Positions 12,263 to 22,844 of a DNA stretch of 64,000 bases are shown piece by piece (position 1 is the stretch's first letter; every line of letters begins with the position of its first letter). The notes under the pieces are model-generated. The model was not told where the DNA came from. It made no database searches and saw nothing but the letters and a program-made list of their open reading frames with translations. Origin of the DNA: Alloprevotella sp. Its GTDB lineage: Bacteria > Bacteroidota > Bacteroidia > Bacteroidales > Bacteroidaceae. A program made the translations under genes and the position numbers. The stretch spans positions 127,608 to 191,607 of the forward strand of contig JAFUTC010000004.1 of assembly GCA_017471505.1 (NCBI GenBank). The letters are read 5' to 3'.

Positions 12263-14809
12263 CTATCTGCGCAGGCCTGCATTCGATGCAGATGCAGCAG
12301 CGGGTGTCGGATTGTTGTTAATATTGAGTGCACGCGCAATGGCGTCGGCCAGCGATGCGTAATGGGCCTGCGTGGTCTTGTTGCCCTTTGCGTGAGCCAG
12401 CAACTTACTCAGGTCGGTCAGCGCTCCCAGTACTGCCGGGCGGGCGGACCGAGAAAGGTCCTTGGCCTGATAATAGTAGTTGATGAGAGTCTGCACGTAG
12501 TTTTGCTGCAGCGCCATGCGATAGCGCGACACGTCGGTTCCGGCCTTCACTTCCTTAAAGAGTTTCTCCGAAAGGTCGTCCAGATATTCCGCTGCGCTAT
12601 ATTCGGTCGTCATGCCGTCCAATTTTCTGGTGTTAAGCAAGCGCGACATCACGCCGTTACCTACTTGTATGGTCAGCGTCTGTACGTCGGGAACGAGCGA
12701 CTTCACATAGTCTTCCTCGATAAGCCACTTGGGTTCGTCGAAGATATTCTTGTCGATGAAATCCAGACACTCTTTCTGGCGTGCCTTCGAGACATTCGTA
12801 TAGACAATGCCGCCCTCGTCGATGGTGCGATAGTCCTTGTAGACGCCGCCGATATTGCCGATGACGTGGCCACAATATCGCAGCAACTGATTCGTGATGT
12901 GTCCGTAGATGCTCGTGATGTTCGTGCCGAAATTATCGTAGGCCTGATAGGTCCATTCGGGCAATGCCTTGACTTCGCGCTTGAGGTTGAGGATGCCATA
13001 GTAGGATGCTTTCACGGCATCGTCGCCCAGGTCCTCAGTCTGGCAGCGGCTGTCGTTTGTCCTATTGCTTTCGCCGTCGCCAAACCATATTCTCGGATTC
13101 GGATTGAGTTTCGAATCGACGCGGGCATTGGTCAGACGTTCGCGAATGATTTTTTCCATTTCGTAATGGTCGGACACGTCGTCATAAGCATTGAACATGG
13201 GACGATATCCCCACTCGATGGCCCATTTGTCGTAGTCGCCGATGCGGGGGAATATGCCCTTTTGCGAAATGCCGTCCTCGGGCTGCGCCACGTAGTTGAA
13301 ACGTGCGTAGTCCATAATGCTCGGCGTGTGTCCGTTGGCCTCGACGAACGATTTGCTACGCAGCGAATCGACGGGGACGGTGCTGCTGGAGCCCATGTTA
13401 TGGCGAAGTCCGAGCGTGTGCCCCACTTCGTGCGACGACACAAAGCGAATGAGTTGTCCCATAAGTTCGGTGTCGTACTTCATTTGGCGAGCAGCCTCGT
13501 CGATAGTTCCGGCCTGAATCATGTACCAGTCGTGAACCAAGGTCATCACGTTGTGGTACCAGCAGATATGGCTCTCGAGAATTTCGCCGGAGCGCGGGTC
13601 GTGCACATTAGGCCCGTAGGCGTTTTCCGTAGGCGAAGCCAGGTAGCGCACTACGCTGTAGCGTGCGTCCTCCATAGACATCGTCTTGTCGGAGTCGGGC
13701 CATTCGCGTGCCTGAATGGCATTTTTGAAGCCAGCCTTCTCAAACGCAACCTGCCAATCTTCGATTCCGGCAATCAGATAAGGTCGCCACTGCTTGGGTG
13801 TAGCCGGGTCGATGTAATAGACTATGGGCTTCTTGGGCTCCACCAGTTCGCCGCGCTTCATCTTCTCCATGTCGGCGCTGTCCTTTGGCTCCAGGCGCCA
13901 GCGCGTTATGAAGCGTTTGTTCTCCACGCGTTGCTGATAGTCGGAATAGTAGGTATAGCCGTCGGCGAAATAGCCTACGCGCGGATCGAACTGACGGGCG
14001 AGCATCGGCACCTTGGGCAGCAACACGAACGACACGTTGAGTCCGATGGTTACCTTACCGGTTGCCATTCCGGCCATGGTGCGCGAGTTCGGCGAAACGG
14101 CATAGGTCTTCACCGTACGCACTTCGGTGTTGAGCGGGAAGGTCTTTATGCTCTCGATATAGGACAGTTGGGGCATCATCTGGGTCAGTCCGAAACGCGT
14201 CTTGGTGTACGACGGCAACCCCAAGGCTCCGTTGTCCTCGCTAAAGAGTTGCGTCACCTTTATCTTATACGAGCCCTTGTTTTTTCCCTCTATCTTGAAC
14301 GCAGCAATGATGGGGCTGGCGTTACTGATAGCCACTGCGCGGTTTATGGCGTTCAGCGTGTCGGACACATTGAGCACTATGCGCGAACGAAGCAGCAGTT
14401 TGTCGTCAGGCGACTTCTCGAAATAAACCGTCTGTTCGTTGGCGAGTTCTCCGGCGTAGTTGCTGGTTCCGCCGGGCATGGCGGTGTAGCGTACGGTAAC
14501 GAGAAATTCGCGGCCGAGCAGCGAATCGGCTATCTCGAAGAAGTAGTCGTTTTCCTGCTTAGTCACGATGAACATCCCCTTTTGGGTTTCGGGCTTTCCG
14601 GCCGGTTTATCGGCCTTGCCCTTCGGGGCTTTCTTCTTAGAGGCCTTGCCTTGCGGGGCAGACTTGGGCATCTCCTTCTTCACTCCCCCATTGGGCAGAC
14701 CGACAGGTCGCTGCGGCGGCTGTGCCATAGCAATGGAGAGCGAAAAGAGCAGGCAGAGCCCGGACAAAATCATTCTCTTCATAACACGTTGTATAATTTT
14801 AGTTGTCAA
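12263..14809 (-). CDS. Secreted zinc-dependent metalloprotease (DUF5117/DUF5118, EcxA-like metzincin)
   Basis: Signal peptide; DPRVGYF; HEVGHTLGLRHN; SIMDY Met-turn. Confidence 0.88.
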   Translation of the reverse strand: MTTKIIQRVMKRMILSGLCLLFSLSIAMAQPPQRPVGLPNGGVKKEMPKSAPQGKASKKKAPKGKADKPAGKPETQKGMFIVTKQENDYFFEIADSLLGREFLVTVRYTAMPGGTSNYAGELANEQTVYFEKSPDDKLLLRSRIVLNVSDTLNAINRAVAISNASPIIAAFKIEGKNKGSYKIKVTQLFSEDNGALGLPSYTKTRFGLTQMMPQLSYIESIKTFPLNTEVRTVKTYAVSPNSRTMAGMATGKVTIGLNVSFVLLPKVPMLARQFDPRVGYFADGYTYYSDYQQRVENKRFITRWRLEPKDSADMEKMKRGELVEPKKPIVYYIDPATPKQWRPYLIAGIEDWQVAFEKAGFKNAIQAREWPDSDKTMSMEDARYSVVRYLASPTENAYGPNVHDPRSGEILESHICWYHNVMTLVHDWYMIQAGTIDEAARQMKYDTELMGQLIRFVSSHEVGHTLGLRHNMGSSSTVPVDSLRSKSFVEANGHTPSIMDYARFNYVAQPEDGISQKGIFPRIGDYDKWAIEWGYRPMFNAYDDVSDHYEMEKIIRERLTNARVDSKLNPNPRIWFGDGESNRTNDSRCQTEDLGDDAVKASYYGILNLKREVKALPEWTYQAYDNFGTNITSIYGHITNQLLRYCGHVIGNIGGVYKDYRTIDEGGIVYTNVSKARQKECLDFIDKNIFDEPKWLIEEDYVKSLVPDVQTLTIQVGNGVMSRLLNTRKLDGMTTEYSAAEYLDDLSEKLFKEVKAGTDVSRYRMALQQNYVQTLINYYYQAKDLSRSARPAVLGALTDLSKLLAHAKGNKTTQAHYASLADAIARALNINNNPTPAAASASNAGLRR

Positions 14810-14813
14810 TAGA

Positions 14814-15515
14814 TTATTTCTTCGTGATTTCTTTGCTGAAACTCTCGAACGACTCCTCGAGCCTGCTGAGCTGGTAGGTCTTCAAACGCAGCGAAAACGT
14901 AGCCGGCAGACTGTCCACGCCAAAGTAGTGGCTCAGCACGCTTGCCATGTTGAAGCCGAAGCGCCCGCCGCGCTGCATGAGCAATATGCAGTAGTGGCGC
15001 ATCTCCTCGGGTGTGGGGTCGTAGGACCGCAGTTCGTTGAAGAGCAAGTACGAGGCCACCACAGTGTCAATATGGATGAGCACAGCCAGACGGGCTTGCG
15101 CGTCGTCCACACAGAAGTTTTTCAGCAGAAAGCGGGCCTCGTCGACGGTGCGCACTATGGGCAGAAATGACGCGAGCAACTTTCGCCCGTCCACCTGTGT
15201 GGCGGTCTGCGCAAAGGCCGTCAGCGTGGGGCGGTCGAGTGCGATTCGGCCTTGTTCGTAAAGCACGCAGGCCGGCTTGACAAAGGTCATCAAGTATGCC
15301 TTAGGCTCATGCGGTACAAGTGTCGCGAATGCCGTCCAGAAAGCCTCGGGCTCGAGCCGGGGCAACAGTTTTTCGGAAAGCAGGTAGCCACTTGTGCGCC
15401 GCTCCGACACCGACAGGCTGTCGACCAGACTGCGCAACGCAGCGCCGTCACCGGCCTGCAGGCAGGCAAGCAGTCGCTGTTCGAGCACCGGATTATGTCG
15501 CTTGACTTCACTCAT
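14814..15515 (-). CDS. Hypothetical protein, probably all-alpha
   Basis: Long ORF ending 4 bp before the metalloprotease start; start moved to MSEVKRH. Confidence 0.7.
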   Translation of the reverse strand: MSEVKRHNPVLEQRLLACLQAGDGAALRSLVDSLSVSERRTSGYLLSEKLLPRLEPEAFWTAFATLVPHEPKAYLMTFVKPACVLYEQGRIALDRPTLTAFAQTATQVDGRKLLASFLPIVRTVDEARFLLKNFCVDDAQARLAVLIHIDTVVASYLLFNELRSYDPTPEEMRHYCILLMQRGGRFGFNMASVLSHYFGVDSLPATFSLRLKTYQLSRLEESFESFSKEITKK

Positions 15516-15568
15516 AGTCGCCCTGGGGCAGAAAACCACACTTTCGGCTCGTTTTCGCCCAACCCTTC

Positions 15569-15673
15569 AAAATTACATAATTGCGCGAATTTATTGCATT
15601 ATACAATCAAAAAATTGCATTATACAATTTCAAAATTCCATAATGCAATTTTTCTGCGCCATAATGCAATATT
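15569..15673. repeat. 21-bp-period palindromic array, 5 units
   Basis: aaaattacataattgcgcgaa / tttattgcattatacaatcaa / aaaattgcattatacaatttc / aaaattccataatgcaatttt / tctgcgccataatgcaatatt. Confidence 0.93.
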
Positions 15674-15681
15674 TTGCCAAC

Positions 15682-17100
15682 TCAGCGTTGCGAAAGCAAC
15701 ACCACGTTCTCCACGTGATGGGTATGCGGAAACATGTCCACGGGCTGGACCTTTTCCACTCGATAGCAGGCGTCCATGAGTGCAAGGTCGCGGGCCTGGG
15801 TGGCCGGATTACAACTCACATAGACCACACGCTTGGGAGCGGCCCGCAGAATAGTGGCCACGACATCGGGGTGCATGCCCGCACGCGGCGGGTCGGTGAT
15901 GACGACGTCGGGGTGCCCGTATTCAGCCAGGAACTCGTCGTTGAGCACGTCCTTCATATCGCCCGCAAAGAATTTCATGTGCTCAAACCCGTTGAGGCGT
16001 GCGTTTTCCTTTGCGTCGACAATGGCCTCGGGCACGTATTCTATGCCGATGACCTCGCGGGCCTGTGCGGCCACGAAATTTGCAATGGTGCCCGTACCGG
16101 TATATAGGTCGTAAACTAATTCTTCACCCGTGAGTCCGGCAAAATCGCGCACTACGCGGTAGAGTTGATAGGCCTGCTCGGTGTTAGTCTGGTAGAAACT
16201 CTTGGGACCTACCTTGAACCGCAGGTTTTCCATGGTTTCGTAGATGAAATCACGGCCGGAATGGGTCAGCACATCGAGGTCGCCGATGGTATCGTTGCAC
16301 TTGGTGTTGTTCACATAGAGCAGCGAAGTAATTTCGGGGAACTCGGCACGCACCCAGTCGAGCAATCTCACGGCTTCGGCCTGCTCCGCGTCGCTATGCC
16401 AGCAAAACTGGAACACAAGCATGAGTTCGCCGGTGGCCGAAGTACGAATCATCATGTTGCGAAGCAGCCCCTCCTGCCTGCGAAGGTCGAAGAAACTCAG
16501 TCCGTTACGGAGCGCATAGTCGCGAACGCCGTTTCGCAGCCGGTTATTGATGTCGTCCATCAGATAGCAGGTCTCTATATCGAGAATCTTATCGAAGGCG
16601 CCCGGAATGTGGAATCCCACCGCGTTCATATTGTCGAACGTCTCGCCACTCTTGACCTGCTCTTCAGTCAGCCATTTCTTGTTGGAAAAACCAAACTCCA
16701 ACTTGTTGCGATAGGCCGTGGTATGGACGCTTCCGAGTATGGGCGAGATTTCGGGCAAATCGATTTTTCCGATTCGCGTAAGCACGTCCGCCACTTGTTG
16801 CTGCTTGTAGCGCAGTTGCTCCGCATAGGGCAGAATCTCCCACTTGCAACCGCCACAGACACCATAGTGCCGGCAAAACGGCTCTATGCGCCGGTCGGAA
16901 TAGCGGTGGAAACGAACCGCCTTGGCCTCTGCGTAGGAGTGTTTCTTCTTCGTGAGTTGCAAATCGACAATGTCGCCCGGCACCACATAAGGCACAAACA
17001 CGACCAAGTCGTTCACGCGGGCCAGCGCCTTGCCTTCAGCGGCCACGCCCGATATTTCTATCTGTTCAAGCAACGGAAGCGGTTTCTTCTTTCTGCTCAT
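15682..17100 (-). CDS. rlmD: 23S rRNA (uracil-1939-C5)-methyltransferase
   Basis: TRAM domain, CRHYGVCGGC Fe-S motif, SFYQTN, DPPRAG, YVSCNP, DMFPHTHHVE. Confidence 0.93.
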   Translation of the reverse strand: MSRKKKPLPLLEQIEISGVAAEGKALARVNDLVVFVPYVVPGDIVDLQLTKKKHSYAEAKAVRFHRYSDRRIEPFCRHYGVCGGCKWEILPYAEQLRYKQQQVADVLTRIGKIDLPEISPILGSVHTTAYRNKLEFGFSNKKWLTEEQVKSGETFDNMNAVGFHIPGAFDKILDIETCYLMDDINNRLRNGVRDYALRNGLSFFDLRRQEGLLRNMMIRTSATGELMLVFQFCWHSDAEQAEAVRLLDWVRAEFPEITSLLYVNNTKCNDTIGDLDVLTHSGRDFIYETMENLRFKVGPKSFYQTNTEQAYQLYRVVRDFAGLTGEELVYDLYTGTGTIANFVAAQAREVIGIEYVPEAIVDAKENARLNGFEHMKFFAGDMKDVLNDEFLAEYGHPDVVITDPPRAGMHPDVVATILRAAPKRVVYVSCNPATQARDLALMDACYRVEKVQPVDMFPHTHHVENVVLLSQR

Positions 17101-17166
17101 AAAACAATCTGTATTATAATTGGTTAAATGTCTTTTATTCTATTGTCAGTTTACCGCCTAATCCAC

Positions 17167-18243
17167 TCATTCCGTCCGGTCCAGTTTCTCGTAAAAGCGA
17201 GCCACCAGTGTCGATACGGCATAGTCGCCCCGGCTGGTTTCAGGCACGCACACGAAGCCTTTGCGCGACCGGTTTTCGGACAGACGGACTTCGTAGCCGT
17301 CCACCCAAAGTTGGCGGTGACTGAGCAAGTGCTTCTGCTGCGCCATGACGGGCCGGAAGACGGCATCCTTAGGCAAGCGGGCTGCGGCAACGACCTCCGC
17401 CATGGCGGGTTGATGGTCGAAACGTAGTGTCAGGGGTTCGTAGAGTCCCTGCCAAATGTCGGCGTCGGTGCGCTTATGGAGCCAAATGCCAGCCGGCATG
17501 CGCACATAGAGCATCACAAGGAAAAGCGTCTGCACCCGTGTGGTGCGCGAGCGCACGGGCCACTCCGCGGCCGACTCCATACGGCAGGCCACGCACTGCT
17601 CCGTCATCGGACACGATTCGCATAGCGGCCCCTGAGGCAGGCACTGCAAGGCGCCGAAATCCATAATGGCCTGATTATAGTCGCCAGGTCTCTCGGCATC
17701 GATGAGTCGTTGGGCCAATTCGCTGAATAGCCGCTTGCCCTCGGTGGTGTCGATGGGCGTGTCGATGCCATAGTGGCGCGCCAGCACCCGATAGACATTG
17801 CCGTCGACTACAGCACGCCTCTCGCCCAGTGCAAAGGAAGCCACGGCCGCCGCGGTATAGGGTCCCACCCCACTCACCTGCAGCCATTCTTCGTAAGTAG
17901 CAGGCATGGCACCGCGAGCCACAATTTGCTGCGCCGCCTTATGCAGGTTGCGCGCACGCGAATAGTAGCCCAGCCCCTGCCATAGGTTCATGACCTGGTC
18001 GATATCGGCTTTGGCCAACGCCTCTATGGTGGGAAACGACTGCATAAACCGCTCGTAGTAGGGCAAGCCCTGGACGATGCGCGTCTGCTGCAAGATGATT
18101 TCGGAGAGCCAGATGCGATACGGGTCGGTAGTGGCACGCCACGGCAGATGGCGCCCGTGCTCACCGTACCATAATAGCAACGACCTCCTCCAACGGGCCA
18201 CGTCGGAGGAGGATAGTTGCGGTGTATGTGCAGATTTCTTCAA
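17167..18243 (-). CDS. mutY: A/G-specific adenine glycosylase
   Basis: WLSEIILQQT, GLGYYSRARNL, GVGPYTA, VDGNV, CLPQGPLCESCP; start uncertain. Confidence 0.92.
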   Translation of the reverse strand: MKKSAHTPQLSSSDVARWRRSLLLWYGEHGRHLPWRATTDPYRIWLSEIILQQTRIVQGLPYYERFMQSFPTIEALAKADIDQVMNLWQGLGYYSRARNLHKAAQQIVARGAMPATYEEWLQVSGVGPYTAAAVASFALGERRAVVDGNVYRVLARHYGIDTPIDTTEGKRLFSELAQRLIDAERPGDYNQAIMDFGALQCLPQGPLCESCPMTEQCVACRMESAAEWPVRSRTTRVQTLFLVMLYVRMPAGIWLHKRTDADIWQGLYEPLTLRFDHQPAMAEVVAAARLPKDAVFRPVMAQQKHLLSHRQLWVDGYEVRLSENRSRKGFVCVPETSRGDYAVSTLVARFYEKLDRTE

Positions 18244-19292
18244 TTGTCGTGGAAGAGTTTGATCCGTTGCTCTTCGCTAAGGCGGCAGATGAGTAACTTA
18301 CCGTCGTTTTCGGCTACCACATATCCGTCGAGTCCTTCCACTACTACTTCGCTGAACGACTTCGTGTGCACCACGCAGTGATGACTATCGAAGAACTTCA
18401 CCTGACGGCCCACGGCGGCGTTGCCATGGTCGTCCTTGTCGAGTTCATTACGCAGCGAGGACCAAGTGCCGAGGTCGCTCCATCCGAAACTGGCCGGGCA
18501 AACGAAAATCTCGCCGGCTTTCTCGAGAATAGCGTAATCGACGGAGATGGGCTCGAGTTCCGCATAGACCGCATTGATGGCTGTCTGTTCATCTTCGGTG
18601 TCGTAGACATCTTGAAGCTTCTCGAAGGCAGCCGACATATCGGGGGCATATACGCGGAAGGCATTGACAATGGTAGAAACGCTCCAAATAAAAATGCCCG
18701 AGTTCCAGAAGTAGCCGTCTTGCGCGACATACTCTTCTGCAACCTCGAGCGAGGGCTTTTCCTTAAAGGCATCAACGCGGAAGATATTGCGCTTGCGCGA
18801 CGAGGCATAGGAAAGGTCGGCCTTGATATAGCCATAGCCCGTTTCGGGGCGTGTGGGTTTTATGCCGATGGTGACAATCGAGTCGGTTTCCGAAGCAAAT
18901 TCAAGCGTTTCCTGCACCACTTCGCGAAAACCAGCCACATCGGCAATGGTATGGTCGCTGGGCGAAACGATGATATTGGCCTTCGGGTCGACCATCTTTA
19001 TGCGCCACGACACGTAGCAGATGCAAGGTGCCGTATTGCGACGGCAAGGCTCGAGCAACACATTCGACTTGGGAATCTCCGGCAACATCTCGTAGACGAT
19101 GTCGGCATACTGCTCCGACGTCACTATCCAGACATTCTCTTTAGGTACTATACCCTCAAAACGTTCTATGGTCAACTGGAGCAGAGTCTTACCCACTCCG
19201 AGCACATCCAAGAACTGTTTGGGTTCCTGCGTACTGCTGAGCGGCCAAAATCGGCTCCCAACGCCACCAGCCATTATCACAAGGTGGTTCAT
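18240..19292 (-). CDS. manC: Mannose-1-phosphate guanylyltransferase
   Basis: MAGGVGSRFWP, PKQF, RNTAP, PETGYGYI, WSDLGTW. Confidence 0.92.
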   Translation of the reverse strand: MNHLVIMAGGVGSRFWPLSSTQEPKQFLDVLGVGKTLLQLTIERFEGIVPKENVWIVTSEQYADIVYEMLPEIPKSNVLLEPCRRNTAPCICYVSWRIKMVDPKANIIVSPSDHTIADVAGFREVVQETLEFASETDSIVTIGIKPTRPETGYGYIKADLSYASSRKRNIFRVDAFKEKPSLEVAEEYVAQDGYFWNSGIFIWSVSTIVNAFRVYAPDMSAAFEKLQDVYDTEDEQTAINAVYAELEPISVDYAILEKAGEIFVCPASFGWSDLGTWSSLRNELDKDDHGNAAVGRQVKFFDSHHCVVHTKSFSEVVVEGLDGYVVAENDGKLLICRLSEEQRIKLFHDN

Positions 19293-19320
19293 ATCAAGAT
19301 GGTTTTAGGAAAAAGCGGTG

Positions 19321-19716
19321 TTATTTGGATGATGCCGCATCGGGCTTCGACGTTCCCTCAATATAGATGGGCACAAATCCGTTCTGCGCATTGGTGCGAA
19401 CTACTACTTTCTTCTTGAAACTGCCCAGGAAGGTTCCTTTCGCATTGTACGTGACCACTACACGGCCCTTTGCATTGGGCTGAACGGGCTCTTTGGTGAA
19501 ATCGGCCACCGTGCAGCCGCAAGAAGAGAAGGCCTGATGCACAACCAAGGGTTTGTCGCCGGTATTAGTAAACTCGAATACGGCCGTCTTGACCTGGCTC
19601 TCCGTGAAAGTACCCAAATCGATTTTGGTAGTGTCGAATTTGATGACAGCCTGTGAGAACGCCATCTGCGCCACAAAGACTACGGCAAACAAGAGTATGA
19701 AACGAAACTTTTTCAT
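19321..19716 (-). CDS. DUF1573 domain protein with signal peptide
   Basis: FEFTNTGDKPL...SSCGCT motif; start MKKFRF. Confidence 0.85.
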   Translation of the reverse strand: MKKFRFILLFAVVFVAQMAFSQAVIKFDTTKIDLGTFTESQVKTAVFEFTNTGDKPLVVHQAFSSCGCTVADFTKEPVQPNAKGRVVVTYNAKGTFLGSFKKKVVVRTNAQNGFVPIYIEGTSKPDAASSK

Positions 19717-19951
19717 CACAATCTGATTGTTTAAGATAATTCTAACTGTATTTCTCAGCCACGAAACTCCGTGGCACATTATGTTTCCGAGCAAAAACAC
19801 TTGCTCTAATTATGCGAAAATAGAAAGATTTCATAATAAGACGAATGAATCGGGCTGTTTTTTATGCTATTCTTTCTATAAAATGACTAATTTCGCGAGT
19901 AGTAGGCAACAAAAGTGCAACCGCACCGACGACGAAACAAGCACCATAAGC

Positions 19952-20587
19952 ATGGATATCCACCCCACGGAAAAACCTGAGAAAATCATACTCGGCATTG
20001 ACCCGGGCACCAACTATCTGGGCTACGGAGTGCTTCGCGTGGAGCAACGCAAGGTTGAAATGGTGGCAATGGGTATTATTGACATGCACAAAGTGGCTGA
20101 CATCTACCTGAAACTAGGACGCATCTACGAGCGCGTTACGGGAATCATCGAATCGTACCTGCCCGACGAAATGGCAATCGAGGCCCCCTTCTTCGGAAAG
20201 AACGTGCAAAGTATGCTTAAGCTTGGGCGAGCACAGGGCGTGGCTATTGCCGCGGCCATCAGCAGGCAGGTTCCCATCCACGAGTACGCCCCGTTGAAAA
20301 TAAAAATGGCCATCACCGGCAACGGTCAGGCAAGCAAGGAACAGGTGGCTTATATGATGCAGCGGACGCTCCATATTGCCGACGAACAAATGCTGAACCA
20401 CATGGATGCAACCGACGCCTTGGCCGCCGCATATTGCCACTATTTGCAGGCCGGACACGACAACCGAACGGAAGGTGCCGCTCATTCGTGGAAAGCATTT
20501 ATACAGCAAAACAAAGGTCGGGTTAGCGGACAAACCGCCGAGGGACGCGACCTGGCCGAACTGATTAACCGCAAACGAACCAAATAG
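19952..20587 (+). CDS. ruvC: Holliday junction resolvase
   Basis: [36 protein letters not shown]. Confidence 0.93.
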   Translation: MDIHPTEKPEKIILGIDPGTNYLGYGVLRVEQRKVEMVAMGIIDMHKVADIYLKLGRIYERVTGIIESYLPDEMAIEAPFFGKNVQSMLKLGRAQGVAIAAAISRQVPIHEYAPLKIKMAITGNGQASKEQVAYMMQRTLHIADEQMLNHMDATDALAAAYCHYLQAGHDNRTEGAAHSWKAFIQQNKGRVSGQTAEGRDLAELINRKRTK

Positions 20588-20589
20588 TT

Positions 20590-21084
20590 ATGAAAAGAAT
20601 CTACTCGCTCATTTGGGCTATGGTCTTGTGCAGTGGCTGGCAAGTGGTCAGTGCGCAAGAAATCTATAATTTCGTGCTCGAAAATGCCACGCGGGTAGCC
20701 AATTCGCCCACGAGCAGTTTCACCCAATCGCGCGTGGCCCAGTTCAAGCGCACTACCCTAACCTACATCAAGTTGCAGGCGCTCGACAACATGACGGAAC
20801 TATCGGGCCAATTTCTCGACAACCAGGCATTTTTCCTATCGGAATTCCTCGATGCCTACTTCCAGACGGCTTACACGTCAAAGAAGAAATCGCCCGAGAG
20901 GCTGAAAGAGATTGTCGAGATATTCCAGAACGCCAGTTTCCATAATCCGCTTTTCGACGACGATAATGTCAACGAGACACAAGCCTACGTGACAGAGCCA
21001 AACCATATCACGCCCTTCAGCACCAACACTGATTGGCAAAAAGCATATAATGAGGTTCGGGAAACCCTCGGACTGAAACGATAG
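20590..21084 (+). CDS. Hypothetical exported protein
   Basis: N-terminal signal peptide (…VVSA-QE); starts 2 bp after the ruvC stop. Confidence 0.7.
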   Translation: MKRIYSLIWAMVLCSGWQVVSAQEIYNFVLENATRVANSPTSSFTQSRVAQFKRTTLTYIKLQALDNMTELSGQFLDNQAFFLSEFLDAYFQTAYTSKKKSPERLKEIVEIFQNASFHNPLFDDDNVNETQAYVTEPNHITPFSTNTDWQKAYNEVRETLGLKR

Positions 21085-21114
21085 CACGTCGGTTGCTGCC
21101 ACACAAGGAAATAG

Positions 21115-21154
21115 CAATCCGCCTCCTTTCATTCCCGTGAAAAGAGGCGGATTG
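21115..21154. terminator. Hairpin between convergent genes
   Basis: caatccgcctc...gaggcggattg inverted repeat. Confidence 0.7.
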
Positions 21155-21181
21155 AAGTATTTGCGACTCGCTATACTGCAG

Positions 21182-22756
21182 CTACTTAATCAGATTGCCC
21201 AATATGTCGCGAGTAAGTTCTCGCGTCACGGTGCGAGTAGCCGCCGAGGTGGCGTTCTTGGTGATTTTACCGGTGACAGAGGTGTTCGATTTCGTCTTCT
21301 TACCGGTCACGGCATTTGATACGGCTGTACCGGCAATGGTAGCCAAAGTTGCAGTGACTGCAGTAACAATGGCTTTCAGCACTTTGGCCAAAAATCCGGT
21401 TTTCTTGCTCGTGCCTTTCTCTTTTGCCTTGGTGTTGGCCTCTTCCAGTTCGGCCTGCTCGGCTTCCTCCCTTTCCTTTTCTGCCATGATAATCTCAAAT
21501 GCACTTTCGCGGTCCTCGGGCGTGTCGTACTTATGGGAAAGTGGAGAATTGCGTATGATGTCGAGTCGCTGGCCTTCGGTGATGGCGCCAATCTGACTCA
21601 GGGGGAACAAAATCTTTGCGCGCTCCACCACTTGGGGCGTACCCTTCTCGTCGAGGAATGACACAAGTGCCTCTCCGGTCTCCAACGTGGTGATTGCCTC
21701 GTAGGTGTTGAACGACTCGTTGGTCCTAAACGTGTCTGCTGCCGTCTTGACAGCCTTTTGATCCTTGGGAGTATAGGCCCGGAGCGCGTGCTGCACGCGG
21801 TTGCCAAGTTGACCGAGGATTATGTCGGGTATGTCGGTCGGGCTCTGGGTTACAAAGAAGATGCCAACCCCTTTACTGCGAATGAGCCTAATGACCTGCT
21901 CAATCTTGTCTCTCATGGCTTTCGACGTGTCCTCGAAAAGCATGTGGGCCTCGTCGAAGAAGAAAATCAACTTAGGCTTATCCAAATCGCCGACCTCGGG
22001 AAGCGTCGTATAGAGTTCAGATAGGAACCAAAGCAAGAAAGTTGAATAGAGTTTAGGCTGTAGCATCAGTTTGTCGGCCGCCAGCACATTCATGATTCCC
22101 TTTTCTCCGTCCTTCTGCAACAAATCCGTGATTTCAAACGACGGTTTTCCGAAGAACTTATTGCCGCCTTGGTCCTCCAGAGAAAGGAGTGAGCGCTGAA
22201 TGGCACCCACGCTGGCAGCGGCTATGTTACCGTATTTAGCAGAAAACTCCTTGGCATGTTTCTGCACATAGTCGAGCATAGAACGAAGGTCCTTGATATC
22301 GTCCAGGAGCCAGCCTTTTTCATCGGCAATCCTATACACAATGTTCAAAACGCCCTCTTGCGTATCGTTCAGGCCAAGGATACGCGACAGAAGCAGCGGG
22401 CCCATCTGCGAGATAGTGGCTCTGATGGGATGGCCCTGCTCTCCATAAACGTCGAAGAACCTTACTGGGCAACCGGCAAACTGTGGATTTTCGATACCGA
22501 ATTCAGGCATGCGCTTCTCTATAAAGCCAGACAACTGACCGGCCTGACTAATGCCGGAAAGGTCGCCTTTCATGTCGGCCATAAAGCATGGAACGCCCAG
22601 TTGGCAGAAACTTTCTGCGATAACCTGTAGGGTTACAGTCTTTCCTGTACCGGTGGCGCCAGCCACAAGTCCGTGACGGTTGGCCATCTTAGGCTGAATG
22701 GTCAATGCTCCCTTATCGGAGTGGGCAATATAAAGCCCGCGTTCATTGTCGTACAT
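21182..22756 (-). CDS. DUF853/YjgR family HerA-like P-loop ATPase
   Basis: ANRHGLVAGATGTGKT, DMKGDLSG, FFDEAH, LGNRVQHALRAYTP. Confidence 0.9.
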   Translation of the reverse strand: MYDNERGLYIAHSDKGALTIQPKMANRHGLVAGATGTGKTVTLQVIAESFCQLGVPCFMADMKGDLSGISQAGQLSGFIEKRMPEFGIENPQFAGCPVRFFDVYGEQGHPIRATISQMGPLLLSRILGLNDTQEGVLNIVYRIADEKGWLLDDIKDLRSMLDYVQKHAKEFSAKYGNIAAASVGAIQRSLLSLEDQGGNKFFGKPSFEITDLLQKDGEKGIMNVLAADKLMLQPKLYSTFLLWFLSELYTTLPEVGDLDKPKLIFFFDEAHMLFEDTSKAMRDKIEQVIRLIRSKGVGIFFVTQSPTDIPDIILGQLGNRVQHALRAYTPKDQKAVKTAADTFRTNESFNTYEAITTLETGEALVSFLDEKGTPQVVERAKILFPLSQIGAITEGQRLDIIRNSPLSHKYDTPEDRESAFEIIMAEKEREEAEQAELEEANTKAKEKGTSKKTGFLAKVLKAIVTAVTATLATIAGTAVSNAVTGKKTKSNTSVTGKITKNATSAATRTVTRELTRDILGNLIK

Positions 22757-22844
22757 ATTATATCGTATTAAAGTTTAAAGCTATGACTTTACAATAATAG
22801 TGCAAACCACTTAGATATCAAAGTTTTCAACCGAAAAACCGTTG

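Noticed and set aside
7497-14812. Long antisense ORFs (7497-9503, 12173-14812; also 29458-31011, 44719-46518)
   Set aside because: Shadow ORFs opposite well-recognised genes in GC-rich DNA, with no motifs.
19770-19900. ATWAT cores in the DUF1573/ruvC intergenic region
   Set aside because: Spacings are 31 and 24 bp rather than 21; this looks like an ordinary AT-rich divergent promoter.
21182-22756. HerA-like ATPase as a defence system
   Set aside because: It is the widespread DUF853/YjgR family, with no partner nuclease or sirtuin adjacent.
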